A stretch of 64,000 nucleotides of DNA from a virus (lineage: Duplodnaviria; Caudoviricetes). The translations under genes and the position numbers were made by a program. The notes beneath the pieces are model-generated. The model saw only the letters and a list, made by a program, of their open reading frames with translations, was not told the origin of the DNA and searched no databases. Of this stretch, positions 34,458 through 45,285 are shown in pieces; within the stretch, counting starts at the first letter, position 1, and the number at the start of each line of letters is the position of its first letter. The stretch lies in the IMG/VR virus record IMGVR_UViG_3300025316_001101; one strand, given 5' to 3'.

Positions 34458-35017
34458 TTCAAGAATGGTTAATCGAAGTTCATCCCGAATCCGTAGATGA
34501 AGGATTTCTTAGTAAAACTCTAGGCGGATTAGGCATGGCTGCGGCATTAGCCACTGGAAGTGGGATGTCTGCACAGGGAGCCGAACCTGTAGCCAAGCCA
34601 GCTATTGCGGCTGAGGCAGGAGCTTCATTCCATGATCCATTTACTAATCAATGGGTCACAGTCAAAGACAGTGAAACATTTTCTTGGAAAGATGGAGTGA
34701 TGGCTAAAGTGATTCCAGAAAAAGGAAATCCAAACATCATTCATGTGAAATTTTTGGTAATGGACGGTTCTCCCATAGCTCAAATTTTAGAAGACAATCC
34801 TAGCAATATGGCTCAGGTGTTTGGCGGTAGAATTAAAGCTTCTCACATGTTAGTATTACAACCGCCTCCTGGTTATATGGGCATGGTGAAGTCTGTGCAA
34901 TTTGAAGGTCGCACAGAAAAAGAAGTGAATGGCAAGCCGGGCAAGATTTATAAATTCACCAGCACATCGCAAAAAATGACGCCAAAGCAAGCGATGATGA
35001 TGCAAAGACAAAACTAA
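34448..35017 (+). CDS. protein with MKTFQEW N-terminus and a hydrophobic segment
   Basis: TAAATA-N5-ATG; LGGLGMAAALATG. Confidence 0.6.
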   Translation: MKTFQEWLIEVHPESVDEGFLSKTLGGLGMAAALATGSGMSAQGAEPVAKPAIAAEAGASFHDPFTNQWVTVKDSETFSWKDGVMAKVIPEKGNPNIIHVKFLVMDGSPIAQILEDNPSNMAQVFGGRIKASHMLVLQPPPGYMGMVKSVQFEGRTEKEVNGKPGKIYKFTSTSQKMTPKQAMMMQRQN

Positions 35018-35244
35018 GTTCCGGCTACTTTTTCCATATCTGCTTTGCGATCACTACTAATATCTGAGTGTGATCGTGGCGTCCAACCAGACCCCTTAAA
35101 GATAAGACCGACACCACCGCTTATAAGCCTTTGCAATTTATCCTTGCCGCATTTTGGACAAGTCTTTTCCGGTTCGGCTTTAATACTATGAAAAAATTCA
35201 TGTATTGATTTGCAATCGCTGCATTGATAATCATATGTTGGCAT
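35014..35244 (-). CDS. FmdB-family zinc-ribbon protein
   Basis: MPTYDYQCSDC..CPKCG..RLIS..GLIFKGSGW. Confidence 0.88.
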   Translation of the reverse strand: MPTYDYQCSDCKSIHEFFHSIKAEPEKTCPKCGKDKLQRLISGGVGLIFKGSGWTPRSHSDISSDRKADMEKVAGT

Positions 35245-35391
35245 GAATTAAGATAGTATTATTTTGGCTTTTCAATTCCCAAGGAGGCCAAATAATCTTT
35301 AAGTTCTTTAGCCTCTTTGGGAGCCAATGCGACAATACGATCACCCAGATCTTGGATGTAATCATCAAATCCTGTAACTATTCTTGGATTT

Positions 35392-35670
35392 TTAGGCGGC
35401 GGAGCCTGAATCACTTGAGTTTCCATATTGTTCCTTCCAATTTAGATCGGCCAGATCCTCTTGACGGGTCTGATCCTTCCAACATCTTCTTGGATTACCG
35501 CACATATAGCAAGAGCAAGATTTTAGATGATCTGCTCGTTTGGCGGCTGCGTCTTCAAATTCTTGATTTCTCGGTTCACCCAATCGCCAACTATTGTTAA
35601 GGCGATACACTCTTCGAGCCTTGGCCTTCATTCGTTGCGAATCTAATCGTCGTTCTGCTCGTTTTGACAT
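35392..35670 (-). CDS. basic hypothetical protein
   Basis: CSCYMCGNPRR motif; GGAGA RBS. Confidence 0.6.
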   Translation of the reverse strand: MSKRAERRLDSQRMKAKARRVYRLNNSWRLGEPRNQEFEDAAAKRADHLKSCSCYMCGNPRRCWKDQTRQEDLADLNWKEQYGNSSDSGSAA

Positions 35671-35750
35671 TCAATTCTCCTTCTTCTATATTTATGCATA
35701 TGATCATATTTTTTGGGGGATAATTTGGGGGCAGCATACTATATAACTAC

Positions 35751-36155
35751 ATGAAAAGAAAATGCTCTACTTGCGGAAAAGAAAAAGAACTCAATGCTGA
35801 TAATTTTAGGCCAAAACTAGATCGTCCTGGAAAATCAAGACTATCTTACTCCTGTCGCCCATGCCAACAAAAACGACAAAGAAACATGCGGCAAATAAAA
35901 AAATCTATAGTGTTTACAAAACTCTCCGAACAACTTGGTTCACTCTGCCCCATTTGTGGGTCGCCAGCGACCGCCATAGATCACAATCACCAAACAAATA
36001 AAATAAGAGGATTGTTATGCATGTCATGCAATACGGGATTGGGATGTTTTGCGGATAATATTGACAACCTACGACGTGCGATTGTTTATCTAAAAAACAA
36101 TTGTGAGTTAGGTGAATGGGAAGAAAAAACAGGCGGTAAACTGTTTTCTACCTGA
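35751..36155 (+). CDS. endonuclease VII-family endonuclease
   Basis: CPICG..IDHNHQTNKIRGLLCMSCNTGLG..DN. Confidence 0.85.
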   Translation: MKRKCSTCGKEKELNADNFRPKLDRPGKSRLSYSCRPCQQKRQRNMRQIKKSIVFTKLSEQLGSLCPICGSPATAIDHNHQTNKIRGLLCMSCNTGLGCFADNIDNLRRAIVYLKNNCELGEWEEKTGGKLFST

Positions 36156-36196
36156 TCACGATTTTCTATTGTACTCCAAACCTCTCTGATTGTAAA

Positions 36197-36616
36197 CTAG
36201 TAATCGCTTCTCATAGTAAATCTGGGGGTAATGACCAATGTGCTACCATTCTGCATGTGCCTCACTTCGGAAAATGCCTCCACCCACAAAAGCTTACCGG
36301 ACGTACTTCCTACTACAAAATAACCATAAAGGTCATCTCCAGTTTCTCCCGCTAACCAATCCAATGTAGACGAATAAGTAGATTGTGCTACCCCATTTGA
36401 ATTCAAAGCTGCGTCCCCCCAACCTGATCGCAACAATGTTTTTCGCTCATACCCGGTAAAATCAGCTTCCGAATAATCATCTACTGTATCCGTCAGCATC
36501 GGGATGTTATTGTTATTGTAAAGTCGTACCGATAAAGTCTCATCATCCACCAATGCTATTTTAAGACATGTGTTTAATAAAACCAGTTGACCCTCGGTTG
36601 GAATAATTAAAGTCAT
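36197..36616 (-). CDS. putative virion structural protein
   Basis: LYNNN..EADFTGY..YGYFVV..LLWVEAF pattern of small tail-associated beta proteins. Confidence 0.55.
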   Translation of the reverse strand: MTLIIPTEGQLVLLNTCLKIALVDDETLSVRLYNNNNIPMLTDTVDDYSEADFTGYERKTLLRSGWGDAALNSNGVAQSTYSSTLDWLAGETGDDLYGYFVVGSTSGKLLWVEAFSEVRHMQNGSTLVITPRFTMRSDY

Positions 36617-36831
36617 AACAACTCCTGAAAAAATCTACTAGTATCTAGTATATATCGATAGGAGAAATTATGGAAACCAAAGAAGTAAAAGCCGAAACCA
36701 CAGTGCATCCCGATGGACGCATCGATGTTAACATATTGGTGCCCGGACTTACAATGCAACCAAAATTTAACTTTGGTAACCAAGAACCCTCAGAAGAGCA
36801 AAATCCCAAACAGGAATAATAGGAGCGTATT

Positions 36832-37254
36832 ATGGCTAGTGGCGTTTATAATATTTTCAAAGCTGAAATAATGAAAGGCACTTTTGCTTTACTGACTGAT
36901 GAGATTCGAGTCGCTTTAATGACTTCTTCACACAGCTTCAATGCAACACATACTACATGGTCCAATGTTTCTACTAATGAAATAACAGGTGCCACGGCCG
37001 TAGGATATGACACCCCTGGTTTTGTACTAGCATCCGCTGCCGTTACTGTGGATGGTGGAACCAGAGGTAAATTTACCGGTGCTGGCATTACTTGGTCTAC
37101 ATCTACCATTACCGCACGACATATAGTTCTACATGATGTGACGGCTGGAAACAGACTTATTTGCAGCATAGATCTAAGTACAGACTACATTTCATCGGCT
37201 GGCAATTTCCAAATTACTTGGGATGCTTCTAATGGTATTTTAACTATTACTTAA
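36832..37254 (+). CDS. putative virion structural protein
   Basis: MASGVYNIFK..EIRVALMT..GY..ITARHIVLHD..GNFQITWDASNGILTIT. Confidence 0.6.
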   Translation: MASGVYNIFKAEIMKGTFALLTDEIRVALMTSSHSFNATHTTWSNVSTNEITGATAVGYDTPGFVLASAAVTVDGGTRGKFTGAGITWSTSTITARHIVLHDVTAGNRLICSIDLSTDYISSAGNFQITWDASNGILTIT

Positions 37255-40127
37255 TTATCAAGTTGTTTCCAAGCAGTGCCATTATAGCCATAAAAGTGTT
37301 TATCGCCAGTATTGAAATATAAATCGCCAGCAACTCCTGATGGGTCTCCGCTATAACTACCTATTGTTAATAGATTATTGATTTTCATGTCTCCGCTTAC
37401 CAAAAGCTTTCCGGTATTATAATCTTGCGACATAATCTGCAATGTAGAAGCTGGATCTATATAAATTTTACTCAAATCGGATGTAAGCGACATTGACCCC
37501 ACCGCTCCAGCCGTTAAAATGTTTACATCTTTATTGCCACATCGTAGCATAGTTGCTGTTGCATTAATCATGGGAGTAGACAATGGACTAGCATCAGTCT
37601 GTATTCCAAATTCATAAGTAGTAACCATATTCCCCATGAAAAATACTGTTGGACTACCATTTAACTGCCAACATGTCTGACTTGGAGCACCCATTCTTGC
37701 TAACACATTATTTGTAAATATGCCCACCACTCCATTACCAGATAGTATCGAAAATCCGCCTAAGCTTACGCTCATTAACTTAGCATTATTCACAGTAGTG
37801 GTTACAAAATGAATCCCATCCGTTGATAAATTCAAAAATAATGGTATGTTTGCTGTAACATCACAAGAGGCATCATTGACAGTTAACGTGTTTGAAGCTC
37901 CAGACACATCATAAGCATCAATTGCTACGCCACCTACGCAAGAGCCCCAATCGATTCCAATTAGTCTTAACAAACCACCTGTGTATCGCACCAATCCCTT
38001 AGCTGCTCCTAAAATAGAAGCGCCTATTAACGCACAATTCTGTATTGCCGTTATGGCTGATGTAGTAAACAAATATTCATTTAACACATTGCTTGTATTT
38101 AATTGAATTCTAACTGACGTTTTATATGAAGCCCCAACAATATACACGTAATCCTTTAATATCATAGAATCTTCTACAAATACACCTGGACCAATGGATA
38201 TTGTATATCTGTGTGTTGGTCCAGCGTCATTAATGCTATCTAAAGCACTTTTAACCGAACTATAATCTCCGCCTACCTTTGCCACTATTATGATGTGATC
38301 ATCTTTTCCAGTAATGATAAAATAATCCGACTCAACGAGATGTTTACCAGCCTCCGAATATCCTGTAAATGTTCCGACTGCTGTGCTGTTTTCTATATGA
38401 AAATCCATTGTGTTATCATCGAAATCTACAGCCTCCATTCTAGCATATGGACTTACACCCGTGGTATCCACATAAACACCCTTACTCCAATTATTGATTT
38501 TCATGCTACTGCCAGCAAAATAACCACCTTCTCGAACCCATACTCCATATGATTGTGGAGCACCCGATGAATTGCCACTTATTGTAGCTCCTTGCATTGT
38601 CAAGACAGCTTTGGGACCATCCACCACTAGTCCAGATTCCGGCACCACAGACTGATACTGTATAAAAGTGTTTTCTGCATCTATTACTGACTCGTAATCA
38701 ACACCCTCCACTCGTATAGCATGCTCTTCACAGTCTACAAAATCTACATATTCTAAATACAAATATGAATCTACACTCGGAGAATTCATCTCAATTCCAA
38801 TGGCACAAGTGTCGAAACTACATTTGTGTATGGTAATCCAATCGCCTATATCCTCCAAATATACACCAGATTGATTTGCACCAGCATTTGCAATAGTTAT
38901 AAACATCAAACCACTACGATTACTAAGCTGAAACACATGATGAGTATCCGCATCCGGTTGAATCACAGTCATATCTTGTTGCCAACCCACAATATAAACA
39001 AACGAAGGCACCTGTAACAAAGGCTCAACAAAAGTTCCTGGACCTACATTGATTAAATATTTGTTGTCTTCGGCTGCATCTCCTAATGTGACAATATATG
39101 CAATGGCATCTGCTAGCGTCTTAAAATCGCCACCTTTTTTAGCCACCACTACAATGTTGGTATCTCTGTTAGCAACGAAAAAATCACAAGGTTTACACAC
39201 AGAATATTTCAACCGATCAGCACTTCCCACAAATTGACCGGTGGCTGTTAAATTATCTACCAAAAAATCCATTGTGTTGTCATCGAAATCTACAGATTGA
39301 AGCTTTAAGTATGGAGTGGTGCCAACATTGTCAACATACGCACCTATAGCCCAATCTTCTATTCTGGCAGACGATACATTAATATAACCACCATTTGTCA
39401 CCCTAATGGCATTACCCACCATGTCTTCTGAACCATATAGTCCCAATCCTTGAAAATTGGCTTCTGTTTTATTGCCACTTATTAAAATCACATCTACTGG
39501 GGGATCTCCGTCCGTATAGTCCACATACACATTTTCAGCGTTAAAAAAACATTCGTCCAATCCCAAATTTGTACATTTAATAGCGTGTTGTGTGCAGTTG
39601 GAAAAATCCACATACTCCAAATACATTGATGATGTAAAGCTTTGCGTTTCATGCAAAACTCCAATATAACAATCTTGAATAGTGACCTTGTGCATAACAG
39701 TGAAATAGCCACAGTCATGAGAATAAATAGCAGCATATCCTGATCCCGCTCCCTGTAGTGTCAAATCTACCATTCCTGCCCTATTAGACAGTTTTACAAT
39801 ATGATGATTCACATCATCCGGCTCGATTATTACAGCATCAATATGCGTACCTTTTAAGTATACAAATGGCGGCAAAACCAATTCTGGTTCTGTATATGTT
39901 CCAGGACTAATCCTTATTACGTATCGCCTAGCAGAGGAGCTATCTGTAATGTGGGCTATGGCCGCTGCAATTGTGATAAATTCTCCTCCATCTTTCTGCA
40001 CATAAAGAACATTCGGCCCCTCTCCCGTTTCGGAAATGGATAAATCTTCCCGCAGTGCCTCAAGGATTCTTGGATACCATTGTTGCGGATTAAAACAACC
40101 AAGTTCTGCTTCGGTCGGTGTTGACAT
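37251..40127 (-). CDS. large parallel beta-helix (pectin-lyase-like) repeat protein, putative tail-associated depolymerase
   Basis: three V(A/Q)KxGG(D/E)F/Y..I.I.PG.(Y/F).E modules; C-terminal LYFNTGDKHFYGYNGTAW. Confidence 0.7.
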   Translation of the reverse strand: MSTPTEAELGCFNPQQWYPRILEALREDLSISETGEGPNVLYVQKDGGEFITIAAAIAHITDSSSARRYVIRISPGTYTEPELVLPPFVYLKGTHIDAVIIEPDDVNHHIVKLSNRAGMVDLTLQGAGSGYAAIYSHDCGYFTVMHKVTIQDCYIGVLHETQSFTSSMYLEYVDFSNCTQHAIKCTNLGLDECFFNAENVYVDYTDGDPPVDVILISGNKTEANFQGLGLYGSEDMVGNAIRVTNGGYINVSSARIEDWAIGAYVDNVGTTPYLKLQSVDFDDNTMDFLVDNLTATGQFVGSADRLKYSVCKPCDFFVANRDTNIVVVAKKGGDFKTLADAIAYIVTLGDAAEDNKYLINVGPGTFVEPLLQVPSFVYIVGWQQDMTVIQPDADTHHVFQLSNRSGLMFITIANAGANQSGVYLEDIGDWITIHKCSFDTCAIGIEMNSPSVDSYLYLEYVDFVDCEEHAIRVEGVDYESVIDAENTFIQYQSVVPESGLVVDGPKAVLTMQGATISGNSSGAPQSYGVWVREGGYFAGSSMKINNWSKGVYVDTTGVSPYARMEAVDFDDNTMDFHIENSTAVGTFTGYSEAGKHLVESDYFIITGKDDHIIIVAKVGGDYSSVKSALDSINDAGPTHRYTISIGPGVFVEDSMILKDYVYIVGASYKTSVRIQLNTSNVLNEYLFTTSAITAIQNCALIGASILGAAKGLVRYTGGLLRLIGIDWGSCVGGVAIDAYDVSGASNTLTVNDASCDVTANIPLFLNLSTDGIHFVTTTVNNAKLMSVSLGGFSILSGNGVVGIFTNNVLARMGAPSQTCWQLNGSPTVFFMGNMVTTYEFGIQTDASPLSTPMINATATMLRCGNKDVNILTAGAVGSMSLTSDLSKIYIDPASTLQIMSQDYNTGKLLVSGDMKINNLLTIGSYSGDPSGVAGDLYFNTGDKHFYGYNGTAWKQLDN

Positions 40128-40218
40128 ACGATTCCCCTTTGCTGTATTTAGATTAACCAAATTGCATTTTCTGAACGATATATAACCTTGAATCATATTC
40201 TAAGGTCGAGGATGCACA

Positions 40219-42390
40219 ATGAAAGTAGCTGTAGAAAACTTATTGCAAGGAACCACGGCAGCATATCCTGGCTCCTACAGCCAAACTGCCGTCAATTTAG
40301 GCTCTCTTATTCAACAAAAAACTGGCGCAACTGCCCTGGATAAATTTATCGGCCCTGTACCTATTGCTCTTGCTAGGCCGATGGAAGAAAGCACTGCGAT
40401 TCCAGTGTTTTATCCTCACATCATTGCTTGGAGCAGCAATATTTATTGGATATTTTTAGCAGAGGCCACAACTACTGGAGCCGCCACCAGACGTGTTATA
40501 GCTTACACTTATACCAAATCTACCTCTACGTTTGCTTATAAAGGATATGTGACTCTTACCTACCCCACAGGAAGCACTCACACTATTCAAGGACATAGAG
40601 TAGCATATCGTACCTTTAGTACAGGCACCATCTCCTCTGTTACCAATGCTGCTCAATCTGTTGTGACTGGATCAGGCACGGCATGGGTTACCAATAAAAT
40701 TTGCGGTGGTGCCAGAATAGGCTTTGGCAGCACAGATCCTACACAAATATCAACATGGTATTACATTGGTTCTGCCGTGGGTACTTCTGGAGTTAGTGGA
40801 GAAACTACCATTACTCTCACTGGCACCGCCCCTTCTTTTTCTGGAAGCTATGTAATAGAAGAATTAACTATTATTCACGCTAATAGAAATGGTACAGCTA
40901 CTTCTGCTGGGTTATTTGTCATAAAAGGAATAAATTGGGATGATTTCCAACCAGCGGGCCTTACCATTTTATCGGCCACTACCGTTGATTTAGTTAAAGC
41001 CTGTTATTGGTTGAAAGATGCCGCTTCACCAGCCATGACAGCATCATGTGGCATTGGATTAACCACACCTACAGATGCTAACACACATTGGATTTATGTA
41101 ATCAATGCTGACGGTGCCGCATCAATGCGTGTGTATAAATACAATATTAGACAAGCATTGACATTAACCTCTGGTGCTATGTTGCTTCCTGTAACCGCTG
41201 GTTATCAATACACTTCTTGGTTCAAAACTGGAGCACAAGCAACCACTGGTAACATTAGTACAACCAACTGCTGTCGATTAATGACTTTGAATCATGGTCC
41301 AGGGGCGGGAGTTTCCTGTATTTATGGGGCTACTGCCTCTAGAGTATTTCGTATACCAGAGTCCGCAGTAATTGATTCCGGCACACAATTTATAGCAGAT
41401 AATATGGTAGAACTACCTCCTGGCTCTGTCAACACATTTGCCGCAACTGGTGGTTTAACATCAGTAGAGGATTCCTCTGTGTTGGATAGACTCTATATTA
41501 CGGCTGGTAGCGGGCAACGGCACTATTGTACACGATATAATCCTACCGCAGCTACATGGGATATTGTCTGGTCTAGTGATAACAAACAAATCGATCAAAG
41601 CACAGCCAGTACAGAACTTCAACCCTATCCTTCCACTGTTGCTGGTGGTTTTTCTATTTGGGCACAAGCTGGCTTATTGTTTGCAGTAAGAAATGGTCAA
41701 AATGCTCAAACCAACATTATGTACGCCTTCCCTGCGGGTGCCCATTGGGACTTTGCTTCAACTACCGGACAGAGACTTATATGCCCTGTGATGAGCACGG
41801 TAGGAGCCACTAGATTTTATCGTCTTTATATAAATGCCGAAGAAATACTAGGAGGAGACAATTTAGGAATTGCACCCGAGCCCTATAGAGCTTATATTCG
41901 CACAAGCGGAATTTCTGACGATAGCGGTACTTGGCAGTTAATCAATGATACTGGTGACCTTACTAGCATTATACCCGGATCACAGATTCAAGTAATGATC
42001 GAATTCAAAACTCTTGGCATGACCTGCGTTCCCGCTCGTATTTTTGGAGTTTGCATTACCTACGAAGATAACTCAACGGATAGTCATTATCAACCATCTG
42101 TCAAATGGTCAGATAGACTCAACAAGAAATTTGCATGGAGATTTGCAACAGCCTGGGGTGGAACCGTACCAACTCTTACTGTAAAACTATACGATGCCGT
42201 CACTGGAAATTTATTATTAACAGATACCACTGCCGCACAAGCCGCTGGTACTTTTGATAAAACTACCGATGATAGCAATTGGGTAACACCATATAACACA
42301 ACAGACAAAGGCAACGAAACAACGTACATTCGTTACACGCCTTCGTCGTTAGCCGACAATGTTAAGGTAAGAGCAATTATCACACAATAA
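40219..42390 (+). CDS. putative tail fibre/virion protein, paralog 1
   Basis: 723 aa, Thr/Gly/Ser/Ala-rich; extensive motif identity with the next gene. Confidence 0.65.
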   Translation: MKVAVENLLQGTTAAYPGSYSQTAVNLGSLIQQKTGATALDKFIGPVPIALARPMEESTAIPVFYPHIIAWSSNIYWIFLAEATTTGAATRRVIAYTYTKSTSTFAYKGYVTLTYPTGSTHTIQGHRVAYRTFSTGTISSVTNAAQSVVTGSGTAWVTNKICGGARIGFGSTDPTQISTWYYIGSAVGTSGVSGETTITLTGTAPSFSGSYVIEELTIIHANRNGTATSAGLFVIKGINWDDFQPAGLTILSATTVDLVKACYWLKDAASPAMTASCGIGLTTPTDANTHWIYVINADGAASMRVYKYNIRQALTLTSGAMLLPVTAGYQYTSWFKTGAQATTGNISTTNCCRLMTLNHGPGAGVSCIYGATASRVFRIPESAVIDSGTQFIADNMVELPPGSVNTFAATGGLTSVEDSSVLDRLYITAGSGQRHYCTRYNPTAATWDIVWSSDNKQIDQSTASTELQPYPSTVAGGFSIWAQAGLLFAVRNGQNAQTNIMYAFPAGAHWDFASTTGQRLICPVMSTVGATRFYRLYINAEEILGGDNLGIAPEPYRAYIRTSGISDDSGTWQLINDTGDLTSIIPGSQIQVMIEFKTLGMTCVPARIFGVCITYEDNSTDSHYQPSVKWSDRLNKKFAWRFATAWGGTVPTLTVKLYDAVTGNLLLTDTTAAQAAGTFDKTTDDSNWVTPYNTTDKGNETTYIRYTPSSLADNVKVRAIITQ

Positions 42391-42392
42391 TT

Positions 42393-44606
42393 ATGGCATT
42401 ACAAGCAATAGAAACATTGATGTCAGGGGCAACCTCTGTTTATCCACTATATGATCAAACAAAGATTAATATAGGACAATGGATAAAAAGCACATACGCA
42501 TCTACCGCATTAGGACCACAACAAATATGCGTTGGTCGTCCTATGGAAGAATCGACAGCTAATCAATGTTTCGTGCCTTGGATTGTACAATGGACAAGTG
42601 ATGTTTATTACGTATTTTTGGCAGACGCTACAGGTGGTGCAGCTACCAGAAAAATATATTGTTATAAATATGTCATCTCTAACAACACCCTTAGCTTTCA
42701 AGGATTTGTCACTCTTACATTTCCAACGGGTGGAACCCATACCATTCGTGGTTTCGCAGTAGAATATAGAACCTATAATACAGGTACTATTTCATCAGTA
42801 TCAAACGCTTCTCCCTCTATAGTTGCAGGTTCTAGCACCGCTTGGACCACTGCGGGCCTTGCAGGTGGTGCTAGAATTGGATTTGGTTCAGCATTAGACC
42901 CTTCTGCTATACCCAAATGGTATTACATTGCACAAACCATTACCACCTCGGGAATTGCTTCTGACACAAGTATTACTTTATCTGGGAATGCCCCTTCTTT
43001 TTCTGGGGTTTACATGATAGAGGAATTGCGAATTATCGTAGCCACTACTAATGGTACAGTTGCTCAAAGTGGACTATTTGTAGCAAAAGGCTTAACATTT
43101 GATGATTTCGCTTTAGCAGGCACCACTATTGCCGCTGGCACCACATTTGATAATACTAAAGCTGTTTATTGGCTACAAGACAACGCCACAATGACTAATA
43201 CAGCCGCATGTGGAATAGGATATCAAACAGCAGCAAGTGCGACATCTCAAACAATTTATGTTGCAAACGCTGATACCACTACCTCCTTAAAAATATTTCA
43301 ATACAATGTACGAATCGCACTTGGAGTAATGACTACCGGCACTTCTGCTTTAGCTTTTGTCCAAAAAACTGGCGCACAAGCCGTTACAGGAACCCTAGCA
43401 CAAATTCAATCTTGGACTCTAGCCAATCTAAGTCATGGTCCTGGAAACGGCGTCTTATCCATGTATGGACTAACAGCTTCTAGAGTGTTGCGTTGCCCAA
43501 CTACCGGCAGTGGATCAGCCTATATTACTAGCGGAAGCACAACATTTATTGTAGACACTAGCACAGAATGGGCACCGGGAAAAATACTACAAGGCGATAC
43601 ATTTGCAACCACTGGGGGTATGTCTTCCATTGCTTATGCCGACACCATTGATCGATTGGCTATTTTCAATGGATCTGGTCAACGATCTTATGTCACACAG
43701 TACAGTCCCACTGGCGGCAATCCACCGTCCACTGGTTTCGATCATGTCATGTTTCTAGATTCTAAACAATTAGACAAAACAACAAGTTTTGCTATGAATT
43801 ACCATCCAAGCAATACTGGATTTGCTTATACTGGCAATATAAAAAACGGCATGGCCTTTGTGTGCCGTAGCGGAACCGCTGTAGATTCTAATATCTTATA
43901 TGGATGGCCACTAGGAGCCCATTGGACATATGCTTATGGAGTTGTCGCCTTAGGTCAAAACAGACTTGTGACCCCAGTAATGAACACTACGGGAGCTAAA
44001 AAATTCTATCGTGTCTATGTAAATTTTGACAGAGATAATTGGATACAGACTGGAGATTTTGGAGCATTTCCTGAACCCTATAGAATATTCTATAGAACAT
44101 CGGGAATATCAGACAATACAGGAACTTGGCTTCCCGCTGGTCCAACTCGCATTCGTGCTGGAAATCTCACTTCTGTGACTGCGGCATCGACCATTCAATT
44201 TATGATTGAATTTAGAACTATTGGTATGACTTGCATTCCAAATAGCATTTTTAATGTATGTGTATTATATGAAGATGGAAACACAGATAGTCATTTCGAG
44301 CCATCTGTTTATCGATCCTCTATAAGCGAACGCAGATTTGCTTGGAGATTTGAAAATCCATTTGAAACCGCAGTTCCCACACTTAATATATCTATAGTCA
44401 ATGCAGATAGCGGCAGCGTGCTATTAACTGATAGTACCGTCGCTAGTGCTAATGGAACATGGGGAAAATCCACAGATGACGGAGCAAACTTTATCGCTTA
44501 TGGTACATTAAGTGACAAAGCCAATGAAACAACCTATATACGATATACTCCAACCTCACCTACATTTGGTGATAACACAAGAGTAAAAGCAATATTGACA
44601 CAATAA
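42393..44606 (+). CDS. putative tail fibre/virion protein, paralog 2
   Basis: shares RPMEEST, GARIGFGS, PEPYR, FAWRF and NETTYIRYTP with paralog 1. Confidence 0.65.
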   Translation: MALQAIETLMSGATSVYPLYDQTKINIGQWIKSTYASTALGPQQICVGRPMEESTANQCFVPWIVQWTSDVYYVFLADATGGAATRKIYCYKYVISNNTLSFQGFVTLTFPTGGTHTIRGFAVEYRTYNTGTISSVSNASPSIVAGSSTAWTTAGLAGGARIGFGSALDPSAIPKWYYIAQTITTSGIASDTSITLSGNAPSFSGVYMIEELRIIVATTNGTVAQSGLFVAKGLTFDDFALAGTTIAAGTTFDNTKAVYWLQDNATMTNTAACGIGYQTAASATSQTIYVANADTTTSLKIFQYNVRIALGVMTTGTSALAFVQKTGAQAVTGTLAQIQSWTLANLSHGPGNGVLSMYGLTASRVLRCPTTGSGSAYITSGSTTFIVDTSTEWAPGKILQGDTFATTGGMSSIAYADTIDRLAIFNGSGQRSYVTQYSPTGGNPPSTGFDHVMFLDSKQLDKTTSFAMNYHPSNTGFAYTGNIKNGMAFVCRSGTAVDSNILYGWPLGAHWTYAYGVVALGQNRLVTPVMNTTGAKKFYRVYVNFDRDNWIQTGDFGAFPEPYRIFYRTSGISDNTGTWLPAGPTRIRAGNLTSVTAASTIQFMIEFRTIGMTCIPNSIFNVCVLYEDGNTDSHFEPSVYRSSISERRFAWRFENPFETAVPTLNISIVNADSGSVLLTDSTVASANGTWGKSTDDGANFIAYGTLSDKANETTYIRYTPTSPTFGDNTRVKAILTQ

Positions 44607-44792
44607 AATGGCCATTACAGATATTTGTTTTTGCGAAAATGATAATCAAAAATTTATTCTAGAAATCCCTCAAGGAAGTCTAGGAACGCCAACAGATATT
44701 GTATCAGAAGCCGGTAGTGACACTGGTCCATTAGTAGAAGAGTTAGTGCAAGTCATCACCATTATCAATCAAAGAAAATTAGTGAGGTAATC

Positions 44793-45263
44793 ATGCGTGG
44801 AGTTTATACAGCACAGATAACTATAACCGGTGCTCAAGCAGCCAAAACCTTGGTCTATATTCAATCTCCAAGCACGTGCGTTGTAGAAATATTAAGTGCT
44901 AGCTTGGGCAATGCCAATCTAGGCACGGCCGAACAATGGAACATAGGATTATTTCGTGTAACAACCATTGGATCACCCACTGGAACCACAATTACACCAG
45001 AAAAGCATGAAGTCGGAGATGCAGTATCAGCAGCAGGAGCCGCTACAGGCGTTCTAGGCAATTTAACCGCTGAACCCACAACCTACTCATCTGTTGCCAT
45101 TGATAGACAGGGAGCATCAGATCTCGCTGGATACCGATATGATCCCATTCCCGAAGAAAGACCCATTGTTCCTCCTGGCGGTGCCATTGGACTAAGATTA
45201 TTGACTGCCACTAACGGTCAATTTACGGCTAATGCTCAAATTATCTTTAGAGAAATAGGATAA
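44793..45263 (+). CDS. putative virion structural protein
   Basis: beta-rich 156-aa ORF in the structural operon; GAGG RBS. Confidence 0.55.
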   Translation: MRGVYTAQITITGAQAAKTLVYIQSPSTCVVEILSASLGNANLGTAEQWNIGLFRVTTIGSPTGTTITPEKHEVGDAVSAAGAATGVLGNLTAEPTTYSSVAIDRQGASDLAGYRYDPIPEERPIVPPGGAIGLRLLTATNGQFTANAQIIFREIG

Positions 45264-45285
45264 CGTCCTTATCCTCCTAAATACA

